Source: Dehalococcoidia bacterium (GTDB lineage: Bacteria; Chloroflexota; Dehalococcoidia; Lucifugimonadales; UBA1127). From it: a stretch of 64,000 nucleotides of DNA. The notes below the pieces were generated by a model. It saw nothing but the letters and a program-made list of their open reading frames with translations, was not told the DNA's origin and made no database searches. Each line of letters begins with the position of its first letter. Position 1 is the stretch's first letter. The stretch is from contig CBDHDD010000002.1 of assembly GCA_965261405.1 (NCBI GenBank), forward strand, positions 1,075,880 to 1,139,879, written 5' to 3'. The translations under genes and the position numbers were made by a program. Below, piece by piece: positions 22,330 through 30,715 of the stretch.

Positions 22330-23454
22330 CTAGCCAATGTTGTACAGCCGCGAGCAATTGTCCCAGAGGATGCGCTTCTTGCTCTCGCTGGACACGTCTG
22401 GCATCTTCAGGAACTCCTGTGTTGCGTAGGGGAACTCCGAGTCGTGGTGGGGGTAGTCGGTGGAGAAGACGACGTTGGCGTCCCCAAAGGCGTCGAGCGT
22501 GTACTTGAGCTCGGTCTCATCGGCCTCGGTGCCCACGTAGCAGTTGCTGCGGAAGTAGTCGCTGGGCTTGCGGGTGAGGATACGAGCGTCCCACTCGCCG
22601 TAGAGCTCGTAGTCGCGGTCCATCCGCGCGAGCCAGAAGGGGACCCAGCCTGCGTTGGCCTCGAGGTACGCGGCGCGCAGCCCGGGGAAAAGCTCGAAGA
22701 CACCGCCGCAGACCATGCTCATCACCGCCTTCATCATGCCGATGGGGTGCGAACAGGCGTGTCGCATCAGCCTGTTGTCGCCGAACTCCGAGCCGTCCTG
22801 GTGGTAGACCGAACCTGTGCCCTCGTGGAAGCCCACCGGCACGTCGAGCTCCTGCAGCGTGCTCCATAGCGGGTGGTAGTAGCCACTGTGGAGCGTCCTA
22901 CCGTTGACGAAGTTGGGGCGCATGTAGACACCCACCGCGCCCAGCTCCTTAACGGCCCGTTCGGCTTCCTTGACCGCCTCCCCTCCATCGTGCTGGGGAA
23001 GCATGGCGCACACCTTCATGCGTGCAGGGTCCGCCTGGCAGAAGTCGTAGAGCCAGTTGTTGTAGGCGCGGCACACGGCAGCCGAAAGGCCTGGATCCAC
23101 GTCGTCCATGCCGTTGGGGATGTAGAGCGCCACCGTCGGGAACATGATGGCGATGTCTATGCCCTCCATTTCCATTGCATCGAGTTGGGACTCGCCGGTG
23201 TACCCCTTGTCGCGCATGGGCTTTGATGCGGCGTCGGCCCGTGCGGCCATACCAACGTTGCGGACAGGTTGGTCCACGTCGACAGTCGGAAATGCGTGAC
23301 CCTCGAAGAGGAATATGCCGACGCGCTGGCCCCGGACGCGGGTGATCTTGGGGGCCTGGTGCTTGTAGGGGGCGTCGAGGTACCGCTCAAACAGATTATT
23401 GGGCTCGACAATGTGCATGTCGGAGTCCATCACGGAGAAGCCGTTCTTGGCCAT
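22330..23454 (-). CDS. amidohydrolase-2 family metal-dependent hydrolase
   Basis: 374 aa from MAKNGFSVMDSDMHIVEP (DxH metal motif) with a C-terminal STDYPHHD motif. Paralogue of 27257-28387. Confidence 0.8.
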   Translation of the reverse strand: MAKNGFSVMDSDMHIVEPNNLFERYLDAPYKHQAPKITRVRGQRVGIFLFEGHAFPTVDVDQPVRNVGMAARADAASKPMRDKGYTGESQLDAMEMEGIDIAIMFPTVALYIPNGMDDVDPGLSAAVCRAYNNWLYDFCQADPARMKVCAMLPQHDGGEAVKEAERAVKELGAVGVYMRPNFVNGRTLHSGYYHPLWSTLQELDVPVGFHEGTGSVYHQDGSEFGDNRLMRHACSHPIGMMKAVMSMVCGGVFELFPGLRAAYLEANAGWVPFWLARMDRDYELYGEWDARILTRKPSDYFRSNCYVGTEADETELKYTLDAFGDANVVFSTDYPHHDSEFPYATQEFLKMPDVSSESKKRILWDNCSRLYNIG

Positions 23455-23591
23455 GGGACAGTCGCTTTCTCGCGCGGTAGGGCGCGACTGCAGAATGACG
23501 GGATGGTGCCATTGCGGGCCGCCGTATGTCAATGTGCCCATCGCCGCCGCGCTGTTGTGCTACCGTACCCCAAATGCGAGGAGAGCAGACG

Positions 23592-24014
23592 ATGGCAGAC
23601 AACGCTCCGCCCAAAGGACTTCATAGGCGCATTGAGGCCCAAGAGCGACAGCTCGGCGAGCTCGAATCGGCGATGGTGTCCCTGCAGTCGACGTACGCAG
23701 CCGCCTCCCGTCCCGAGGGCGATGCGGCGGGCGCAGCAGTTCTCGCCGAACGGCTGGCCCAAACACAGGGGGAATACGACGACGCGCTACTCGTGCTGCG
23801 GGAGCTCCAGACCATGGCCCGCCGCTTGCGCGATTGGGGACTGTCCACATCGGATACGGCGTCGTGGGCGAGCGTGTGTCGCGCGCTCGGCCTGCCCTCA
23901 GGCAGCGGCTCGCACGCCGCATTGCGCTCCAGCGAGCCCGTCCTCCATGTGTTGCTTCACCGCTGCGCCTTCCCACCGTACTGTGCTATAGACAGCGTCA
24001 GTTACAGAGGGTGA
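23592..24014 (+). CDS. hypothetical protein (coiled-coil-like N-terminus)
   Basis: 140 aa. GAGGAG precedes the ATG. No domain recognised. Confidence 0.35.
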   Translation: MADNAPPKGLHRRIEAQERQLGELESAMVSLQSTYAAASRPEGDAAGAAVLAERLAQTQGEYDDALLVLRELQTMARRLRDWGLSTSDTASWASVCRALGLPSGSGSHAALRSSEPVLHVLLHRCAFPPYCAIDSVSYRG

Positions 24015-24157
24015 GGAAATGTGCATTTCGCTATAAAGCGAGGCCCATTCTTACCTATACGACAACTTCCCTTACAAGCTGACGAGACGTATAATTATTG
24101 AAAGATAAATTCTATTGCCCGCCGCAATAATGAAGCCTGTCAGCAGGGAGGGAACAA

Positions 24158-25081
24158 TTGGAAATAGCTCAATTGAAAGGATTCCTGGCGGCCGCAGAGC
24201 GCGGGAGCTTTGTGCGGGCAGCGCAGTCACTCATCCTCACCCAGCCATCGTTGAGCGCGCGCATTCAGGCCCTTGAGACGGAGCTGAAGGTCACGCTCTT
24301 CCATCGAATGGGGCGTGGCGTCCGCCTCACGGAAGCTGGGAAGTCCTTCCTTCCCTACGCACAACGGGCCCTGGAAACCCTTGATCAGGGGAGGTCCGCC
24401 CTCAACGCCCTGCAGGAAGTCACCAGCGGCACCCTGCTCGTGGGCACGGCCCGGGCCATCGGCGCGTACGTGTTGCCGGATATTCTGGCCCAGTTCCGCA
24501 CCGAGTATCCAGGCATTGAAGTGCACATTCGCACCGGCAGGTCCTCAGAGGTGCTCAAGATGGTGGCCGATGAAGAGGTGCAGGTGGGACTCTCTCGGAC
24601 CCTCCGGCATCCGGACGTCATCGCAACCAACCTGTACGACGAGGAATTGGCGCTCATCGTCCACCCCCAGCACCCCTTCGCCGCTCGAGGTGAAGTTAGC
24701 ATCTACGACGTGGCCAAGGAGCCGCTGATCCTGTACGACCGCGAATCATCGTACTTCCAGCTCATTGACCGCGTGTGCCGGGAGGCCGGCATCATCCCGA
24801 ACGTCGGTATGGTGTTGGACAGCATTGAGGCGACCAAGCGGATGATTGAGCGAGGGTTGGGCATCTCATTCCTGCCCGTGCACGGCATTACACGAGAGGT
24901 CGAAACCGGCTCCTTGGCGCTTGCCCGCATTCAGGAAGGGCATCAAGTGGCGCTCCCCACCTCCGTCATGGTCCGTCGGGGCCGCGTCTACAGCCCTGCA
25001 ATGCGCGCCTTCCTTGGCACACTGGCCCGACGCTACGCCGTCCTCATTCCGTCACTAGAGACCGACATCGCCGTATCCTAG
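24158..25081 (+). CDS. LysR-family transcriptional regulator
   Basis: 307 aa. N-terminal wHTH (FVRAAQSLILTQPSLSARIQALE) and a LysR substrate-binding domain. TTG start behind GGGAGGG. Confidence 0.9.
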   Translation: MEIAQLKGFLAAAERGSFVRAAQSLILTQPSLSARIQALETELKVTLFHRMGRGVRLTEAGKSFLPYAQRALETLDQGRSALNALQEVTSGTLLVGTARAIGAYVLPDILAQFRTEYPGIEVHIRTGRSSEVLKMVADEEVQVGLSRTLRHPDVIATNLYDEELALIVHPQHPFAARGEVSIYDVAKEPLILYDRESSYFQLIDRVCREAGIIPNVGMVLDSIEATKRMIERGLGISFLPVHGITREVETGSLALARIQEGHQVALPTSVMVRRGRVYSPAMRAFLGTLARRYAVLIPSLETDIAVS

Positions 25082-25107
25082 CCGCGCCAATACGCTGCCG
25101 TGCGGCG

Positions 25108-25680
25108 CTACGCCAGGTGAAAGCGCTGCGCTAGCCGAATCACCAGCGTCGGGGCGGGCTCAATGCGCCGCACCGTCCACACAATGACGGCCGCTATTGC
25201 GAGGGCGATGACCACGCCGCCCAGTACGTCCGTGGGATATGCAACCCCAGCGTAGACTCGGGACAACGCCCACGCCGCCGCCACAGCAAAAGCGACGTAC
25301 CCCAGCCGCCTGTTCGCCGTCCACAGCCCTGCCGCAAGGGCCGTACCCACGACCGCCGGGTTCGATGGGAAGGACGGATCGCTGGGGCTGTAGAAGAGTA
25401 GCTGCAGGCTTTCGTGGACAAAGGGGCGGTCGCGGGAAATGAGCTCGTCCAGGATTTCAACCGCCCAATTCCCGAACGCCATGGCGAGCAACGCCGCAAG
25501 GCACGCCTTCTGCTGCACCATGCGCGATGGAGCCGTTCTTGCGCCGAACCATGCCCCAAGCACCAGAAGAGAGAGCACCACGGGGCAAAAGTAGTCGCCA
25601 ACGACGATGCGAACGACGTCGTCGAACAGGGGCACCGCCCCGACCCCGCCGTTCAGCCACCGGACTATCGCCGCGTCCAC
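25108..25680 (-). CDS. PAP2-superfamily membrane protein with degenerate catalytic motifs
   Basis: 190 aa. SRDRPF, SFPSNP and SRVYAGVAYPTDVLGG align to PAP2 motifs C1-C3, but the canonical Lys and both His residues are substituted. Confidence 0.7.
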   Translation of the reverse strand: MDAAIVRWLNGGVGAVPLFDDVVRIVVGDYFCPVVLSLLVLGAWFGARTAPSRMVQQKACLAALLAMAFGNWAVEILDELISRDRPFVHESLQLLFYSPSDPSFPSNPAVVGTALAAGLWTANRRLGYVAFAVAAAWALSRVYAGVAYPTDVLGGVVIALAIAAVIVWTVRRIEPAPTLVIRLAQRFHLA

Positions 25681-26093
25681 CGGCGTCCCTCGCTCCAGAG
25701 CGTCTTCAGGCTGGCGGACAGCGCGTGCAGATACGTGTGGCTTCTAAGCGCCTCGAAGCCCTCTGCGCCGCCGGGCGACGCTTCTTCGCTCCCTCGATTC
25801 AGCAGAGACGAGGCCAGCATCGTAAAGGCGCCGGCCGCAAGACTGGTGAGGGTGAAGCGGGCAGCCTGCTCGTTGCCGTTAATGCCGCTCGCGGTGTCGG
25901 GAATGTGGCGGGCCCCTTCGCGGAAGAACCACACGAAGCCGGCAACTATCAGGAGGGCGCCAAGGGCATACGCCCAAGGCATTGCGCGAACGAAGAGCAG
26001 CTTGGTCAGCCCTGCATGGGCGGATGCTATCTGGATTGCGCCCGTGGCGGCGAGGAAGACCCAGATGACGTAGTCTCGGGAGAGGTCATCCAA
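25665..26093 (-). CDS. hypothetical integral membrane protein
   Basis: About 142 aa from TTG 26093, preceded by GGAG. Three to four hydrophobic helices. The longer ORF (to 26402) would overlap ilvE and looks non-coding there. Confidence 0.45.
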   Translation of the reverse strand: MDDLSRDYVIWVFLAATGAIQIASAHAGLTKLLFVRAMPWAYALGALLIVAGFVWFFREGARHIPDTASGINGNEQAARFTLTSLAAGAFTMLASSLLNRGSEEASPGGAEGFEALRSHTYLHALSASLKTLWSEGRRWTRR

Positions 26094-26136
26094 AGTCGGC
26101 GCTCCGATGCGGCGTTCGGGCCTCCAACGAGGGCAG

Positions 26137-27078
26137 CTACACCTTTGCCATGGGCGCGGGGACCGCCTCCACGCACCAGTGACGGTACCTGGGCATCTGT
26201 CCCCGGATGGCCTTGAAGTAGATGTCCTGCAGCGCCTTTGTAATGGGACCCACCTTCCCGTCCGCAATCGGCCGGTGGTCCAGCTCGCCCATGGGGGTGA
26301 CGTGGGCGGCTGTGCCGGTGAGGAAGACCTCGTCGGCCAGGTAGAGCTCCGCACGGCCGATGGGGCGCTCAACGGTCGCGATGCCAAGCTCTTCGCGCGC
26401 AATCTGCATGATGCAGTTGCGCGTGATGCCGGGCAAAATGTTCGCCGTCAGCGGCGGGGTGACTAAAGCGCCGTCCTGCACGACGAAGAGGTTCTCTCCG
26501 CTGCCCTCGGCAACCTTGCCGTCGAAGTTGAGCAGGATGGCCTCATCGAAGCCGGCAAGGACTGCGTCGGTCTTGGCAAGGATGCTGTTGACATAGCTGG
26601 CGCTGAGCTTCACGCGCGGGGGCATCATCGTTTCGTCGATGCGCCGCCAGCTGGCCGTAACACAGCGCGCCACCTGCACGTCGATGTACTGTCCAAACGG
26701 GACGGCGATGATGGTGAGGCCGTCTTCAAGCTCGTGCAGCTTCAGGTTGGCCACGCGCTCGGCGCTCTTGAAGGCCAGCGGTCGAATGTACATGTCTTCG
26801 CGGTAGCCCGACCGCTCAACCAATTCGACGGTGAGTTTCACGAGCTCTTCCGGCGTCATGGGAAGCTGCATACGGAGCATCTTTGCGCCGTTCACCAGCC
26901 GCTTGTAGTGATCGAGGGGGCGGAAGATGAGGAGCTTCTCCTCCTCCTCGTTCCAGTTGCAGCGAATGCCCTCAAAGGCCGCAGTGCCGTAGTGGAGAGC
27001 GTGGGTCATGACGCCAACCTTGGCCTCTGACGCGGGCATGAACTCTCCGCGGAAATAGGCTAGCGGTGTTGGCGCCAT
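26137..27078 (-). CDS. ilvE: branched-chain amino acid aminotransferase
   Basis: 313 aa of PLP fold type IV (YGTAAFEGIR, EGSGENLF, GITR motifs). Confidence 0.9.
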   Translation of the reverse strand: MAPTPLAYFRGEFMPASEAKVGVMTHALHYGTAAFEGIRCNWNEEEEKLLIFRPLDHYKRLVNGAKMLRMQLPMTPEELVKLTVELVERSGYREDMYIRPLAFKSAERVANLKLHELEDGLTIIAVPFGQYIDVQVARCVTASWRRIDETMMPPRVKLSASYVNSILAKTDAVLAGFDEAILLNFDGKVAEGSGENLFVVQDGALVTPPLTANILPGITRNCIMQIAREELGIATVERPIGRAELYLADEVFLTGTAAHVTPMGELDHRPIADGKVGPITKALQDIYFKAIRGQMPRYRHWCVEAVPAPMAKV

Positions 27079-27167
27079 TGTAATCTCCTTCCACTATGAC
27101 CAATTGGCCTGACCGCCATTATAGGGGCAGCTACAATCGCCAAGCAAGTTTGACGGCGTCACCGTAG

Positions 27168-27260
27168 TCAAAGTGAGCGCAATGCGAAATAGGCCCACAA
27201 CAGCGCCAGACCGGGCACGATGACGAAGATCAGCGCCAGAATGACGATCCGGTGGATCAT
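27168..27260 (-). CDS. candidate 30-aa hydrophobic micropeptide translationally coupled to the amidohydrolase
   Basis: MIHRIVILALIFVIVPGLALLWAYFALRSL. Its ATG overlaps the amidohydrolase TGA (ATGA). Confidence 0.3.
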   Translation of the reverse strand: MIHRIVILALIFVIVPGLALLWAYFALRSL

Positions 27261-28387
27261 TCGGGGACCGACAACCCATAGAGCTTGGAGACGTTGTCCA
27301 ACGTCGTGATGCGTCGCACGTCGTCGGTCATGCCCTCGAAGACCATATCCAGCGCCTCCTGGGAATTCGGCCAGACGGAGTCGTGGTGGGGGAAGTCGCA
27401 GCCCCACATGAGGGTTTCCACGCCGATGGCCTCGCGGGTGAGCATGCCGGGCCTGTCGTCCTCGAAGGTGGCGTAGAACTGCCGCCGCCAGTACTCACTC
27501 GGCTTCAAGTCCAGGTACTCCGGCACCGATCGGCGGCTGCGGTAGACCGAGTGGTCCATGCGCTCAAGCCAGTTGGCAACCCATCCGGTGTTGAACTCCG
27601 CCGCCACAAACTTGAGGTCCGGGAAGCGGTGGGCCACACCGCCCGCGATGAGGTCCGACAGCGAGAACTGGATCACAGTCTGCGCGCTGGAGTAGGCCTG
27701 GATGAGGTCGGCACCGGCCAGGCCCGTTACTGCGCCGTGACCGTCGGTGAAGATGTGCAGGTTGACGGTTATGCCGGCCTCCTGCGCCGTTGCCCAGATG
27801 GGGTCGTAGACCGCGTCGGAGTAGCGAGTGCCGTTTGGTGCGGCGCACGGGATGCAGACGCCCATGTACCCCTTCGCGATGGCGCGCTCCAGCTCCCGGT
27901 GGGCGGCGACAGGGTCGTGCATCACCAGCAGCGCCAGGCCTCGCAACCGGTCCGGCACGGTGTTGCAGAAGTCCCACAGCCAGTCGTTGTAGTTCTGGAA
28001 GGCTGCGCCCAGTACCTCGGCGTCCTGCGTCCCAAAGAGCCGCATGAACACGCTGGGGAAGAGGACCTCTCCCCAAACGCCGTCGGCGTCCATCTCCTTC
28101 ATGCGCTCCACGGGGTCCTTCAGTGCGGGGCGCAGGCCGTCATAGCCCTGGGCGATGATGCGGTGGGTCTCCGGGTCGTCCAGGCTCATGCCGGCGATGC
28201 CCAGCCTCCCGACGCCGCCGATGGTCGCGTTGAGGCGCGCGCCGATGGCCGGAATCTCGACGAAATCGCCCACCCCCTCGTCCCGCACGATGCGCGGCGC
28301 CCGATCGCCGAAGCGCTCCGCCAGTCCCGCAAAGACGTCGCGCGGCTCCACGATATGGGAGTCTGCAGAAATAGCCAACTTCGCCAT
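27257..28387 (-). CDS. amidohydrolase-2 family metal-dependent hydrolase
   Basis: 376 aa. SADSHIVEP N-terminal metal motif and GCDFPHHD C-terminal motif. Confidence 0.8.
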   Translation of the reverse strand: MAKLAISADSHIVEPRDVFAGLAERFGDRAPRIVRDEGVGDFVEIPAIGARLNATIGGVGRLGIAGMSLDDPETHRIIAQGYDGLRPALKDPVERMKEMDADGVWGEVLFPSVFMRLFGTQDAEVLGAAFQNYNDWLWDFCNTVPDRLRGLALLVMHDPVAAHRELERAIAKGYMGVCIPCAAPNGTRYSDAVYDPIWATAQEAGITVNLHIFTDGHGAVTGLAGADLIQAYSSAQTVIQFSLSDLIAGGVAHRFPDLKFVAAEFNTGWVANWLERMDHSVYRSRRSVPEYLDLKPSEYWRRQFYATFEDDRPGMLTREAIGVETLMWGCDFPHHDSVWPNSQEALDMVFEGMTDDVRRITTLDNVSKLYGLSVPE

Positions 28388-28627
28388 GTCGCCCTCCTAG
28401 GCGGTTCCGGTCAAGGGTGCGCCAGCAGCATAGCGCGTATCGCTAAGGCGGGGAAGGGGCTCAATTGGGGGTGGTTCGTAGCATGATATAGACGGATGGG
28501 TCTCACATTTGCATGAAGACAAGGGAGCGGAGGTCAGAACTCCTATGCAATGGAATCAGGCGCTGAGGCCTGGGCTTGACGCGTCGTGCGTGGGCCGATA
28601 GCGGCGAAACGCCAACGGGGCGCATCC

Positions 28628-28903
28628 CTACCCGCCGGCCACCGCCGGCACGATGCTGACCTCGTCCGAGGCCTTGATTTCCGTCTCCAGGCCCTGGAGG
28701 AACTGGACGTCCTCGCCGTTCACGTAGATGTTCACGAAATGGCGGAGGCTGCCGGTCTCGTCAATCAGGCGCTCCTTGATGCCGGGGAACTTCTCCTCCA
28801 TGGCGTCCACCATGTCGGCCAGGTTGTCCGCCTCCACTTCCACGCGGTCCTGGTCATTGGTCACGCGCCGAAGCGGCGCCGGAATCCTCACTGTGACGCC
28901 CAT
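28628..28903 (-). CDS. MoaD/ThiS/CysO-type ubiquitin-fold sulfur carrier protein
   Basis: 91 aa ending exactly in ...VPAVAGG (C-terminal Gly-Gly). MoaD-like body. Confidence 0.8.
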   Translation of the reverse strand: MGVTVRIPAPLRRVTNDQDRVEVEADNLADMVDAMEEKFPGIKERLIDETGSLRHFVNIYVNGEDVQFLQGLETEIKASDEVSIVPAVAGG

Positions 28904-28994
28904 TTGCCGTCCTCCTCTTGCAGTACCCTGATTCTCGGGCGCCGCGGAACTCGCCGACGACGCACCGTCAATTTGCTAGCCCTTGGGAGCACCG

Positions 28995-29234
28995 CTACTC
29001 GATCACGTCTCCCGTGACCAACATCACCTCGATGCCCGTGGAACGCACCCACTCGATGCCCTGGTTGATCTGCTCCTCTTCGCCCTCAAGCTCCAAGACG
29101 GCCCAACCGAAGGCTTCGCGCACGTCCGCACGGCGGATGTTGGTCACAATCGGAAACTTCTGCCCAAGTTGCCAGATGACGGGCTCCTGGATCAACTCCG
29201 GCGTGAAGGAAAATCGCACTCTGAGCTTTGCCAT
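28995..29234 (-). CDS. NIL-domain protein
   Basis: 79 aa. The pattern (VIWQLGQKFPIVTNIRRADV...GWAVLELEG) resembles the NIL domain at the C-terminus of MetN and in sulfur-assimilation clusters. Confidence 0.6.
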   Translation of the reverse strand: MAKLRVRFSFTPELIQEPVIWQLGQKFPIVTNIRRADVREAFGWAVLELEGEEEQINQGIEWVRSTGIEVMLVTGDVIE

Positions 29235-29258
29235 TGCGGCTTCACCAACCCGTCCGGT

Positions 29259-30482
29259 TTAGATGTGCAGCACTTCAGATTCAAACGATGCCGTGTTGGG
29301 GTCTATGGTGACGGACCGCACCGTGTCCTCCACCGCTTCCAGGGTCTTGAGCCCGTTGCCGGTGATGTAGGCCACCGTCACCTCGTCGCGCTTGATGACA
29401 CCGCGTTCCACCAGACGCTTCAAGCCGGAAATGACGACCCCACCAGCGGTCTCCGTGAAGATGCCCTCGTTCTCCGCCAGCATCTGGATGCCGGTGACCA
29501 CCTCATCCTCCGGCACGATGGTGGCGTCGCCGTCAGACTCCTGGATGGTCTTGAGGGAATAGTAGCCGTCAGCCGGGTTGCCGATGGCCAGCGACTTGGC
29601 TATGGTGTTCGGCTTGACCGGGCGCACGCGGGTCATTCCCGCTTCGTAGGCCTCGGCAATGGGCGCGCAGCCCTCAGCCTGGGTCATGTGCATGTGTGTG
29701 CGCACCTTAGGGATGAGCCCCAAGTCCTCAAACTCGTGGAAGCCCTTCCAGATCTTGGTGAACATCGACCCGGAAGCCGACGGCACGATGCAGTGGGCGG
29801 GCGCCTGCCAACCGAGCTGCTCAGCGACCTCGTAGCCCAGGGTCTTGCTGCCCTCGGCGTAGTAGGGGCGCATGTTGATGTTCACGAAGGCCCATGGATA
29901 GGTGTCGGCCAACTCACTGCAGAGGCGGTTGACATCGTCGTAGCTGCCGTTGATGGCTACGAGCGTCGGACCGTAGATGGCAGCCCCCACCACCTTGCCT
30001 CTTTCCAGGTCGGCGGGGATAAAGATGTAGGAGGACATGCCGGCGCGGGCGGCGTGGGCGGCGACGCTGCCGGCGAGGTTCCCGGTGGAGGCGCAGGCCA
30101 GCGTCTTGAACTCGTACTCCAGCGCCTTGGTGGACGCCACGGAGACCACGCGGTCCTTGAAGGAATTCGTGGGATTAACGGCGTCGTTCTTGATGTACAG
30201 GTGGTCGAGGCCGAGCAGCCGGCCGAGGTTTGGCACCTTCATCAGCGGGGTGAAGCCCGTCTGCAGGTCAACGGCCTTTTCGGCGTCCACCGGCAGCAGG
30301 TCCTGGTAGCGCCACATGGTCAGCGGGCCGCTCTGGATGCGCTCCCTGCTGATGACCCGGGCGATTGCCTCGTAGTCGTAGGCCACCTCAAGCGGGCCGA
30401 AGCAGAACTCGCAGACGTTTAGCGGGTCCGTGGGGTACTCACGGCCACATTCCCGGCACTTCAATGCGCTTGCGAAAGCCAA
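29259..30482 (-). CDS. thrC: threonine synthase-family PLP enzyme with N-terminal zinc ribbon (threonine synthase, or a MetM-like homocysteine synthase)
   Basis: 407 aa. CRECG...CEFC ribbon and the NPTNSFKDR PLP-lysine motif. TTG start behind GGGGAG. Confidence 0.85.
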   Translation of the reverse strand: MAFASALKCRECGREYPTDPLNVCEFCFGPLEVAYDYEAIARVISRERIQSGPLTMWRYQDLLPVDAEKAVDLQTGFTPLMKVPNLGRLLGLDHLYIKNDAVNPTNSFKDRVVSVASTKALEYEFKTLACASTGNLAGSVAAHAARAGMSSYIFIPADLERGKVVGAAIYGPTLVAINGSYDDVNRLCSELADTYPWAFVNINMRPYYAEGSKTLGYEVAEQLGWQAPAHCIVPSASGSMFTKIWKGFHEFEDLGLIPKVRTHMHMTQAEGCAPIAEAYEAGMTRVRPVKPNTIAKSLAIGNPADGYYSLKTIQESDGDATIVPEDEVVTGIQMLAENEGIFTETAGGVVISGLKRLVERGVIKRDEVTVAYITGNGLKTLEAVEDTVRSVTIDPNTASFESEVLHI

Positions 30483-30715
30483 GGCTGAACTCCCCTATTA
30501 CCGGCGCACCGGCCCAACTTCGCGCACAACTCGACATTGCATCTGTCAATAGCCAAGCAATGGTAGCAGCGGGCCATATCTGCGTCAATCAAATGACCCG
30601 GCTCCGGGCCTTGCGCAATGCCTTCCCGAAGGCGCTGAAGTATACTTGACCTATAGTAGGATGGGACACGGGGACTTTGGCGGCGCTCCGTCAGGAAGCA
30701 AAGGGGACGCCTCGT

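Noticed and set aside
24090-24125. AT-rich near-palindrome AATTAT-N6-ATAAATT upstream of the LysR gene as a possible LysR T-N11-A box.
   Set aside because: It is plausible, but the symmetry is imperfect, there is a single occurrence and no divergent target gene. This is not enough to report as a feature.
25665-26402. Full-length 245-aa ORF overlapping the 3' end of ilvE.
   Set aside because: The N-terminal 100 residues are Ser/Pro/Arg-rich and overlap ilvE. A TTG with GGAG at 26093 gives a compact membrane protein starting just after ilvE.
30483-30676. Possible SAM or other riboswitch in the leader of the thrC-like/sulfur-carrier cluster. Two ATTGAC.CAGAT direct repeats were noted.
   Set aside because: I could find no match to the conserved cores of the SAM-I, SAM-II or SAM-IV classes that I know. 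The repeats may be operator or -35-like sites, but the evidence is too thin to call.
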